DNA from: an uncultured Solirubrobacterales bacterium
GTDB lineage: Bacteria; Actinomycetota; Thermoleophilia; Solirubrobacterales; Solirubrobacteraceae
NCBI GenBank assembly: GCA_963833205.1
Contig: CAWHWZ010000003.1
Span: forward strand, 222,130 to 286,129
Length of the DNA: 64,000 nt
Reading direction: 5' to 3'
This document shows, piece by piece, positions 48,212-56,217 of the stretch (position 1 is its first letter; every line of letters begins with the position of its first letter). The translations under genes and the position numbers were made by a program. Below the pieces are notes generated by a model. It was not told where the DNA came from. It did not search any database and saw only the letters and a program-made list of their open reading frames with translations.

Positions 48212-48909
48212 GCCAGGGCGCTTTCCAGATCCGCGTCCAACCCGTCAGCAAGGTTCCCGTCGCGCAGCGAGTACACCCGGTCGACAAAGCCCTGCGCCCG
48301 AGGGTCGTGTGTTACAAGCACCCCCGGGATGCCACGCTCGTGACAGATATCCCGCAGCAGCGCGAGGATCTCACGGGTGCGCTGTGAATCGAGGTTGCCC
48401 GTCGGCTCATCGGCGAGCAGCAGCCGCGGGTCGCCCGCGAGCGCCCGTGCGATAGCGACGCGCTGGCGCTCCCCCATCGACAGCTGAGCGGCCTTCTGGT
48501 CGATGCGCTGCCCCAGGCCGACACGCTCAAGCCACGGGCGAACCATCGTCTTCGCCTCGCCGAGCGTGTACCCGTCGCAGAGCAGCTTCAGCGCGGCATT
48601 GTTCAAAGCTGATGAGCCAGACAGCAGATGAAAGGACTGGAACACGAAGCCCACCTCGCGGCGGCGATAGCGCGCGCTGTCCTTTACGGAGAGGCCCGAC
48701 ACACTCTGGCCGTTGAACAGCACATCCCCGCTGTCCGGAGCCAAAAGCGAGGCCGCCATCAACAGCAGCGTCGTCTTGCCCGACCCGCTCGGCCCATACA
48801 GCGCGACCAGCTCGCCCGGAGCAACACTCAGCGACACGCCGTCCACGGCCCGCACGAGCTCCCCGCCCGCCGAGTAGTGCTTGACGAGATCGCGCAGCTC
48901 AAGCGTCAC
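48208..48909 (-). CDS. ABC transporter ATP-binding protein (LolD/MacB type)
   Basis: GPSGSGKT, VFQSFHL, LSMGERQRVAIARAL, LLADEPTGNLD, VTHD. Confidence 0.92.
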   Translation of the reverse strand: MTLELRDLVKHYSAGGELVRAVDGVSLSVAPGELVALYGPSGSGKTTLLLMAASLLAPDSGDVLFNGQSVSGLSVKDSARYRRREVGFVFQSFHLLSGSSALNNAALKLLCDGYTLGEAKTMVRPWLERVGLGQRIDQKAAQLSMGERQRVAIARALAGDPRLLLADEPTGNLDSQRTREILALLRDICHERGIPGVLVTHDPRAQGFVDRVYSLRDGNLADGLDADLESALA

Positions 48910-49685
48910 AGACCCGAATCGCCCGCCTTCACCTGACCACCGCCTTCGGCGGCGGCACCCCCGGTCTTCGAGCGGCTGGGAAACGGTACGACGACCCCGG
49001 GCTCATCCATCGAGCGAACCTCGCCGTGAGAAACCGACATGATCCGTCGCGCCCCGTGGATCGCGGCAAGATCCTCGGAAGCGATCACCACAGCAAGATC
49101 CGAGCGGTTACCGAGCGAACGCAGCAACTCATACAGCGCCTCGCTTTCTGAGGAGCTGGGCAGCACCGCGGGCTCATCCACGATCAACAAGCGCGGTTCG
49201 CGTACGAGCGCCATCGCGAGACCCACCCGGATGCGCTCCCCGACAGCAAGCCGATCGGCCGGCACGTCAGCCTGCTCCCCAGCACCAACCAAAGCCAGCA
49301 CCCGCCGCGCACGACACCTCGCCGCATTCAACCGCGTGCCGTCCCCCATGCAAGCCGTCGCAACCATGTCGACCGTGGGGCGGTTGACCTGCGCACGCCA
49401 CTCCGAGGAAACCAGCGCGACCCCGCCATTACGCATCAGCCGCGAGCGCTTCCTGCCGGACATCGTCGTGAGAACCTGCCCATCGAACCGAACCGTCCCC
49501 TCATCCGCCGGCTCGATGCCGGAGGCAATCTTCAGCAGCGTGGACTTGCCAGCACGCCGAGGACCCCACACGCCAACATAGTCGCCCGGGTCGATCTCAA
49601 ACGAGACGCTGTCGAGAACCACCACCTCCCGGTGCCCATCGAAATAGCGCTTCGTTACCTGCGAGAACGAGAGAAGAGGCACCAT
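48906..49685 (-). CDS. ABC ATP-binding protein with degenerate motifs
   Basis: GPRRAGKST and LIVDEP present; signature reads LAVGE and H-loop reads IASED. Confidence 0.8.
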   Translation of the reverse strand: MVPLLSFSQVTKRYFDGHREVVVLDSVSFEIDPGDYVGVWGPRRAGKSTLLKIASGIEPADEGTVRFDGQVLTTMSGRKRSRLMRNGGVALVSSEWRAQVNRPTVDMVATACMGDGTRLNAARCRARRVLALVGAGEQADVPADRLAVGERIRVGLAMALVREPRLLIVDEPAVLPSSSESEALYELLRSLGNRSDLAVVIASEDLAAIHGARRIMSVSHGEVRSMDEPGVVVPFPSRSKTGGAAAEGGGQVKAGDSGL

Positions 49686-49701
49686 GGCAACCTCACCAAA
49701 G

Positions 49702-50256
49702 CTACGCTCCGCGGAGCTCGAGGATCCTCCCGCGCACAAGATCGAGCCACAGCAGGCCGGCTTTGATGCCGTGCAGATCCTCTTCGCGCGCCAAGTGCAT
49801 CAGCGCACCGACAAAGGATTGCCGAAGCGGGAGATTGACCTCGATATCTCGCTGCATCGCGAAGAGGCGCCGTTCGCACTCCTCCACCGCACACAACAGC
49901 CGCGGCAGATCCTCAGGGCGCGCGACCACGAGTTTCGCCTGCATCTCGTTCAGGACCAGTCTCGACCCGACGCTCGCCATCCACTCCGCCACCACCGGCT
50001 CCGCCGCAGCAGTCGGGGCATACATGATTCGTTCCGAGTTCGTCCCCTCCGAGCGATCGGAGAACACCAGTTTGTGCCCCTCAAGCGACTGCAGCATCCG
50101 GTAGAGGCTTTTACGGTCGATCGTCCAGCTCGGGCCGAGCCGCCGCTCAAGCTGATTGGCAAGGTCGTACACATACCCCCGCTGCTGCACCAGCAGGCAC
50201 AGAGCCGCACCCTTTAAGGGAGACGACCTCAGCGCGCTGCTCGCAGCGGTACTCAC
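49702..50256 (-). CDS. PadR family transcriptional regulator
   Basis: LCLL...GYVYDLA..L..RLG..W......LYR.L..LE...LV; GTG start. Confidence 0.75.
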   Translation of the reverse strand: MSTAASSALRSSPLKGAALCLLVQQRGYVYDLANQLERRLGPSWTIDRKSLYRMLQSLEGHKLVFSDRSEGTNSERIMYAPTAAAEPVVAEWMASVGSRLVLNEMQAKLVVARPEDLPRLLCAVEECERRLFAMQRDIEVNLPLRQSFVGALMHLAREEDLHGIKAGLLWLDLVRGRILELRGA

Positions 50257-50470
50257 GCAACCCCCAAGCCTCGACCAGCCATGACCGGGAACCCTAGCGA
50301 AAACAACCCCCCGGCGTCGTGAAACCAGAACGATCCGATCCGCTGGCATTTCCGGCAGCTCACATGCTCCCACACCGCCAACCCCAGGCGGGAGATGGCC
50401 AAGACGATGTTCCGCTCGGCGCTGCTCGACCGTCGGTGCCGGCAAGCAGCGCGCAGCATCCCCTTCGGAT

Positions 50471-51610
50471 CTACTCTCCCCCGTCCTTGTTGTCCTCAGC
50501 CAGCTCGCGCGCGCGGCGGGCTGCGAACTCGGTGACTTGCTGCTCCACGCGTCGCAGGCCCTCCATCTCCTCCTGGAGGCCCTCTGTGATCTGGGCGTCC
50601 TCGCCGGCCATCAGGACGCCGCGCTCGCCGACTGTGTAGCGAGTCACGGCGATTGGGGTGGCGATTCCCTGCAGGGTCAGGTGGGCAACCGCCTCGTTGC
50701 GACCGGCGCAGAGGATGAAGCCGACGGTGGCGCGATCCTCGGGGTGTGCGATGAGGGCGTTGACGGCGTTGACGTAGAGGTTCATCTTGCCCGCGAACTC
50801 CGCCTTGAAGGGGCCGAGCTTCAGGTCGATGACCACGAAGCGGCGGGTCGGATGATGGAAGAACAGGAGATCGAGGATGAACTCCTCGCCACCGATCTCA
50901 AGCGACTTCTGGCGCCCCGCGAAGTAGAAGCCCTCGCCCAAGACCAGCATGAAGCGCTCGATGTCCCCCAGCAGCGCCGCTTCCAGGTCTCGCTCCTTCG
51001 CGCCGTCAGTGAGTTGCACGAAGTCGAGGACCACGGGATCTCGCGCGATGCGCTGCACCGCCTCGGCGTCGTCTGCCTCCAGCGTCCGCTCGAAGTTGGT
51101 GATCGCCGCCCCTTCCCGCTCGTGCAGGCGGGTGGCGATATGGGTCTGTAGCTGCGCTCGGGTCCAGGCACCGGCACGCTGGACGTACCAGTCCCTCGTG
51201 CTACGGTCGTCGAGCTTCTGAACCAGCTCGACGATGTGCCCCCACGGAAGGTCTTGCACACCGTGTGCGAGACCTGCCTCCTCCGGCCAAGCGATGGCAA
51301 AAGATCGCATACGCGCGAGGTTCGCGGGAGAGAACCCGGTGGCTCCAGGGAAAGCCGCCCGCAGATCGGCCGACAGCCGCTGCACCACCCCCTGCGTCCG
51401 CCGGCCCCGCTCTGGGCCGGCCTCGGCCTGGCGGCGCTCGATCTCCTTGCCGATCTGCCAGTACGCCCCGATCAGCTCAGCGTTGATCGCCCTCGCCGCA
51501 CGCGCCTGAGCGCTCCGGATACGTCCCTTGATGCCCTCAAGGAACTCCTCGTAACTCTGGGTCGCAGATCCCGTCGCGTCGGCAGACAATGGGGCGGGCA
51601 AGTCAGGCAT
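50471..51610 (-). CDS. DUF1016/YhcG PD-(D/E)xK nuclease family protein
   Basis: N.ELI..YWQIG, GFS..NL..MR.FA, LPWGH, RDP..LDF, IDLLFFH, VVIDLK, GKMNLY. Confidence 0.9.
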   Translation of the reverse strand: MPDLPAPLSADATGSATQSYEEFLEGIKGRIRSAQARAARAINAELIGAYWQIGKEIERRQAEAGPERGRRTQGVVQRLSADLRAAFPGATGFSPANLARMRSFAIAWPEEAGLAHGVQDLPWGHIVELVQKLDDRSTRDWYVQRAGAWTRAQLQTHIATRLHEREGAAITNFERTLEADDAEAVQRIARDPVVLDFVQLTDGAKERDLEAALLGDIERFMLVLGEGFYFAGRQKSLEIGGEEFILDLLFFHHPTRRFVVIDLKLGPFKAEFAGKMNLYVNAVNALIAHPEDRATVGFILCAGRNEAVAHLTLQGIATPIAVTRYTVGERGVLMAGEDAQITEGLQEEMEGLRRVEQQVTEFAARRARELAEDNKDGGE

Positions 51611-51755
51611 GGAGCTTCCGAGCGTACTGACCGGGGGCGTCGTATCTCTTGCACCGCGGCCACCGCTCTCCGCACATGAAGTCCCGGGCAACGCCTCTCC
51701 CGACACGTTGCCCCAACAGAGGGCTCCTGGGCAGAACCCCAATGTTTTCGGGCCT

Positions 51756-51781
51756 CTTTCGGGAGGAACTTTCGGGAGGAA
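51756..51781. repeat. Tandem 13-bp direct repeat CTTTCGGGAGGAA x2 (candidate integrase arm-type sites)
   Basis: Exact copies at 51756 and 51769, about 70 bp from the tRNA 3' end. Confidence 0.6.
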
Positions 51782-51851
51782 GTTGTGCCTGCCACCCCCC
51801 ACATCTCCCGAATCCTGCCTAGATTCGGCTTCTATGCTAACTTTTCTGCGA

Positions 51852-51925
51852 AGCCCCCGGCAGGACTCGAACCTGCGACCCTCGGATTAGAAGTCCGATG
51901 CTCTATCCAGCTGAGCTACGGAGGC
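51852..51925 (-). tRNA. tRNA-Arg(TCT)
   Basis: GCCTCCG TAGCTCAGCTGGATAGAGC ATCGGA CTTCTAA TCCGA...GGTTCGAGTCC..CGGGGGC cloverleaf; CCA not encoded. Confidence 0.95.
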
Positions 51926-52052
51926 GCGGTGTTTCCAACCCCACAGTGTGGCGATCGTCGCCGCGCGGCGCCTGCCGGGTCGGGGCTCACGCCGGAACGC
52001 TCGGTGGAACGCCCTTAAGCAAACTTGATCCAGAACCGGTAAAAGTTGACCC

Positions 52053-52880
52053 ATGACTCCCGCATCCGACACCGATCCCGACCTCACCCGCAAGGAGCGC
52101 CGCGAGCAGGCGCGCGCCGAACGCAAAGCCATCGAGGCCGCCGCCGCCCAGTCGGCGCAGCGCAAACGCATGATCCAGCTCGGCGGCGTGATCGGCGTCG
52201 TGGTGGTGATCATCGTCGTGATCGTGCTCGCCACCAGCGGCGGCGGGAGCAGCGGCGGCAGCGGGCTGGCCACCGGCAGCAAGAAGAACTCGACGGTCGC
52301 CCTGGTCAACTCGACGATCGGGGGCATCCCCCAGTCGGGCAACGTGCTGGGCAACCCCAACGCGCCCGTGACGCTGCAGTACTTCGGCGACCTGGAGTGC
52401 CCGATCTGCAGGCAGTTCACGCTCGGGGCGCTGCCCAGCATCATCAAAAAGTACGTGCGTGCTGGGAAGGTGAAGATCGAATACAACTCATTGCAGACCG
52501 CCACGCCCGAACAGGAAACATTCCGCGATCAGCAGATCGCCGCCTACGCCGCCGGCAAACAGAACCTCGCGTGGTATTTCATCGAGCTCTTCTACCACGA
52601 GCAGGGCCAGGAGAAAACAGGCTACGTCACCGAAAAATACCTCCAAGGGCTGGCGCAGCAGGTGCCGGGGCTCAATCTCCCCAACTGGAGCGCCGCACGC
52701 AACAACCCTGCCTACGTCGAACAGGTCACGCACGACGCGCAGGTCGCCAACGCGGAAGGCTTCACCGGCACGCCGTCCTTCCTCGTCGGCAAGAGCGGGC
52801 AGCACATGGAAAAGCTCGAAAACCCCAACCTCGAAGAACCCTCGGGCTTCGAAGCGGCGATCAACAAACTGCTTGCATAG
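52053..52880 (+). CDS. Membrane-anchored DsbA/thioredoxin family protein
   Basis: TM helix, LGNPNAPVT, DLECPIC, GTPSF. Confidence 0.88.
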   Translation: MTPASDTDPDLTRKERREQARAERKAIEAAAAQSAQRKRMIQLGGVIGVVVVIIVVIVLATSGGGSSGGSGLATGSKKNSTVALVNSTIGGIPQSGNVLGNPNAPVTLQYFGDLECPICRQFTLGALPSIIKKYVRAGKVKIEYNSLQTATPEQETFRDQQIAAYAAGKQNLAWYFIELFYHEQGQEKTGYVTEKYLQGLAQQVPGLNLPNWSAARNNPAYVEQVTHDAQVANAEGFTGTPSFLVGKSGQHMEKLENPNLEEPSGFEAAINKLLA

Positions 52881-52955
52881 GGGAATGCGTGCGGCGATGA
52901 CACAGCCCTCCCTCCCCCTCCCCCCTCCCCCAACCCCCCGCGCCGCGGGTCGGCC

Positions 52956-53438
52956 ATGAGCGACCGCGCGCTGCGCACCGCGATGATCGTGCTCGCCACG
53001 ATCGGCCTGGGGGTCGCCAGCTACCTGACCTACGTCCACTACTCAGGCGTCCCGCCGCTGTGCAGCACAACGCACAACACCTGCCTGAAAGTGCAGACCT
53101 CGATCTACTCGACGCTCGCCGGCGTGCCGGTCGCGCTGATCGGGTTGATCGGCTACGTGACCATCCTCGGCTCGCTGCTGGTGCCCCAGCGCGAAACGAC
53201 GCGCTTCGCCACGATGGCGTTCGTGCTGGTCGGCTTCGGCTTCTCCGCCTACCTCACCGGGCGCGAGGCGTTCTCGCTGCACGAGTACTGCGAGTGGTGC
53301 CTGTCCAGCGCCTTCATCATGACGCTGCTCGTCCCACTCGCCGTCTGGCGCTTCCTGCGCGGCGACGCGCCTCCAGCGAGCGCCTCCTCGGCCTCCGCCG
53401 CCGAGCCCGACGCCGGGGCGCTCGCCGCGGGCTCTTGA
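52956..53438 (+). CDS. Vitamin K epoxide reductase (VKOR) family protein
   Basis: C...C.KVQTS.YS, GVPVA, CEWC in a TM helix; next to dsbA. Confidence 0.88.
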   Translation: MSDRALRTAMIVLATIGLGVASYLTYVHYSGVPPLCSTTHNTCLKVQTSIYSTLAGVPVALIGLIGYVTILGSLLVPQRETTRFATMAFVLVGFGFSAYLTGREAFSLHEYCEWCLSSAFIMTLLVPLAVWRFLRGDAPPASASSASAAEPDAGALAAGS

Positions 53439-54106
53439 TCGCCATCGAGCACAGCGCCACCTGGCGCCACAAGCGCGCCGTCGCCGAAGCCGCCGCCGAG
53501 CTGGTGCTCCCGGGCTCGCGCGTGGGGCTGGGAACGGGATCGACCGTCGCGCACCTGCTGCCGGCGCTCGCCGCACGCCGGCTGGAGGGGTTGCGTTGCG
53601 TCGCCACCTCCCCCGCCACCGCCCGCGCCGCCCGGGCACTTGACCTCGACGTCGTGGAGCTCGACGAGCTCGGTGCGCTCGACATCGCGATCGACGGCGC
53701 CGACCAGATCGATCCCCACGGCTGGCTGATCAAGGGCGGGGGTGCGGCGCACACGCGCGAGAAGATCGTCGCCGCCGCGGCACTGCGCTTCGTCGTGATC
53801 GCCTCCGCCGAGAAGGCCGTCGCAGAGCTCACGCCGCCGGTGCCCGTCGAGATTCTGCACTTCGCCCCGCACACCACGCTCGCTGCGATCGCGCCGGCGA
53901 GGCTGCGCAAAGTGCCCCTCAGCCCAGACGGCAACCTGATCGCCGACTACCTCGGCGCGATCGCCGACCCGGCTCGGCTCGCCGCTCGGCTGTCCGCCAC
54001 CCCCGGCGTCGTTGAGCACGGGCTGTTCGCGCCGAGCCTCGTAAACGACGTCCTGATCGCCGACGACAGCGGTGTCGAGCACCGCCGCGGCGAAAAGGGC
54101 GTTTGA
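53435..54106 (+). CDS. rpiA: Ribose-5-phosphate isomerase A
   Basis: VGLGTGST, DIAIDGADQ, IKGGGAAHTREKI, PGVVEHGLF. Confidence 0.92.
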   Translation: MIAIEHSATWRHKRAVAEAAAELVLPGSRVGLGTGSTVAHLLPALAARRLEGLRCVATSPATARAARALDLDVVELDELGALDIAIDGADQIDPHGWLIKGGGAAHTREKIVAAAALRFVVIASAEKAVAELTPPVPVEILHFAPHTTLAAIAPARLRKVPLSPDGNLIADYLGAIADPARLAARLSATPGVVEHGLFAPSLVNDVLIADDSGVEHRRGEKGV

Positions 54107-54175
54107 GGCCTCGCGCAGCGCCCATCCGCCAGCGCCTCTCACGCCTCATCTCCTTGCCACCAGGTGAGCCGCCAT

Positions 54176-54466
54176 TCAGATGCCGATCAATTCGAGCTCG
54201 TCCAGCCTCCGCGCGGCGCGGGTCGCCCACACCGTGCTCTCTTCCCGGTGCAGCACGCCGTCGCGCTCCAGATGCGCGAGCGCCTCGTCGATCACCGCCG
54301 GGTGGAAGTCTGAGATCTCCCGCGCCAGCTCCGCGCGGGCCCAGCGCTCCTGGTGATCGTCCCTGAGAGTGTGCAGCACGATCGCCCGCTCCACCATCCA
54401 TAGATCGCCGCCGCGCTGCCGTTCCTGCGCCCGTCCCTGCATGGGACTCACCTCCTGGTCTGCCAT
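54176..54466 (-). CDS. Small hypothetical protein (possible winged helix)
   Basis: VERAIVL...W.RAELAREI...I.EAL..LERDGVL. Confidence 0.55.
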   Translation of the reverse strand: MADQEVSPMQGRAQERQRGGDLWMVERAIVLHTLRDDHQERWARAELAREISDFHPAVIDEALAHLERDGVLHREESTVWATRAARRLDELELIGI

Positions 54467-54572
54467 GTCGCCCGCGACCTGCCGGCTTGCTGGGGCCACT
54501 TGATTTTTCGGTTGGCGTTGAACCTACTCGGCGCTTGGGACGGGAGGCTCGCTTGGGGGTACCGTTTGATCC

Positions 54573-54860
54573 ATGACCCCCCGCACACGCCTCCTCGCGT
54601 TTGGATCCGCCCTGACGCTCGTCCTCGCGGGCGGCGTGTGCGCGGCCTTCGTGCCCGGCGTAACCGGCCAGGTGCTCACGATCGTGCTGATCGCCACCGG
54701 CGTGGCCGGTGCCGTGCTGCTGGTGTTCCTCGAAGTCGGCTACAGCGAAGATCGCGAGCTCGCGCGCGATGAGGAGCGCCGCCGCGGCCGAGCGCTGCGG
54801 CTGCTGGGCGCCCGGCGCGGGCGCTGGATAACTCGCCGGCCGCGGCGACCCGACCGCTGA
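54573..54860 (+). CDS. Small membrane protein
   Basis: Two TM segments followed by FLEVGYSEDRE. Confidence 0.6.
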   Translation: MTPRTRLLAFGSALTLVLAGGVCAAFVPGVTGQVLTIVLIATGVAGAVLLVFLEVGYSEDRELARDEERRRGRALRLLGARRGRWITRRPRRPDR

Positions 54861-54963
54861 GGAAGCTTCCGCGGTCGGTGATTGCTGAGCAAGCCCCAGC
54901 GCTCGGTGGTTCGCTGAGCAAGCTCCGGCGCTCGGGGTGACTCGCTGAGCAAGCTCGCGCTCC
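54856..54963. repeat. Four degenerate 28-31 bp tandem hairpin repeats (core GCTGAGCAAGC...GCGCTCGG)
   Basis: Units start at 54856, 54884, 54913, 54944. Confidence 0.8.
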
Positions 54964-55014
54964 CACGGTTCGCTTTGGGAGGCTCCAGCATCCCGCGGTT
55001 GATAGCGTAGAGCG

Positions 55015-55935
55015 ATGTCGTACGGGTGGTCAATGTTTTGCTACGACGAGTGGAGCGCCACCTGCGACACGCTGCACGCGCACACGCAGGTTCTCGGCAA
55101 GCTGGCGGTGGCGCTGGCCCCACCCGAGCCGCAGCTCCAGCACGCGGCGCTGCGCCTCAGCGCTCGCGGCTGGGAGACGGCTCCGCTGCCGGCGCCCGAC
55201 GGCTCGGGAGCGATCGTGGTCACGCTCGATCTGCGCACCCACGAGGCGCTGGCCGAGCACAGCGGCGGCGAGGTGCGCCGCGTCCCACTCACCCCGCACC
55301 GGCCGGTGGGCGAGGTCACGCGCGAACTGCTCCACGCCATCCGCGAGTTGGCGGGCCAGGTCAGGATCGACCCCACCCCGCAGGAGGTGTCCTGGAGCGT
55401 GCCGCTGGATGAGGACGACGAGCACCGCCGCTACGACCCCCACCAGGTTGCCTCCTACTTCGCCGCCGCCACCCAAGCCGCGCTCGTGCTCGCCGCGTTC
55501 CGCGCTCCGTATCGCGGACGCTCCACCCCGGTCAACGCGTGGTGGGGCTCGTTCGACCTCGCCGTCAACCTCTTCTCCGGCGAGCCCGCCGACCCCCCGT
55601 CAGAGGACTTCATCATGCGCAACGCCATGAACGCCCAGGAGGTCGCCGTGGGCTGGTGGCCCGGCGATGCGCGCTACGCCAAGGCGGCCTTCTACGCCTA
55701 CGCCCACCCGGCGCCCGAGGGGTTCGCCTCCGCCACACTCTCGCCCGCCGCCGCGCGCTGGGATGCCACGCTCGGCGAGTACATCCTCGACTGGGAGGAT
55801 CTCCGCTCCAGCCCCCACCCACGCGCGGTAGCGCTGGACTTCGCGCGCTCAGCCTTCCGCCACGCCTGCCAGGTGTGCGAGTGGGATCCGGCGTTCCCCG
55901 CCAGCATCGACGGGACGCCTCCGCCCGTCGCGTGA
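55015..55935 (+). CDS. DUF5996 family protein
   Basis: W..T..TLH...Q..GK, F.GR.TPV..WWGSFDLAV..FSG, GWWPG, AFYAYAHP.P.GF. Confidence 0.75.
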   Translation: MSYGWSMFCYDEWSATCDTLHAHTQVLGKLAVALAPPEPQLQHAALRLSARGWETAPLPAPDGSGAIVVTLDLRTHEALAEHSGGEVRRVPLTPHRPVGEVTRELLHAIRELAGQVRIDPTPQEVSWSVPLDEDDEHRRYDPHQVASYFAAATQAALVLAAFRAPYRGRSTPVNAWWGSFDLAVNLFSGEPADPPSEDFIMRNAMNAQEVAVGWWPGDARYAKAAFYAYAHPAPEGFASATLSPAAARWDATLGEYILDWEDLRSSPHPRAVALDFARSAFRHACQVCEWDPAFPASIDGTPPPVA

Positions 55936-56217
55936 GACACGGGTCGTGGCGCATACGCAGGGTTTGAGGAGCGCCTCAAACGGCGGCCGCATCGCGAACA
56001 GCCACAGCGATGCGCTCACACCCAACGGCACAGGCTCGGGATCCATCCCGCTGCCTGTGCCGCGTGACTGGCTCTTGACTCTACGGCGCCCACACGGAGT
56101 GGGGAGAGGGGCCGCCGTTCGGTCGCTCCCAGCCGCAGCGGTGGGAGTACCGCTTCCGGCCGGTCGAGCCTTGTCCAGTCACGCTAGACATGTTGGGGCC
56201 GACCGCGCTCGGCCACC

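Larger units (their letters stand above)
33749..51852. mobile_element. Probable genomic island between the integrase and the tRNA-Arg 3' end (left boundary uncertain, may extend to about 32.1 kb)
   Basis: Integrase, tRNA 3' end, lower-GC cargo, DUF1016, tandem 13-bp repeats next to the tRNA; no att duplication found by eye. Confidence 0.6.

Noticed and set aside
54856-54963. Mini-CRISPR interpretation of the GCTGAGCAAGC repeats
   Set aside because: Period is only about 30 bp and the intervening sequences resemble each other rather than being unique spacers
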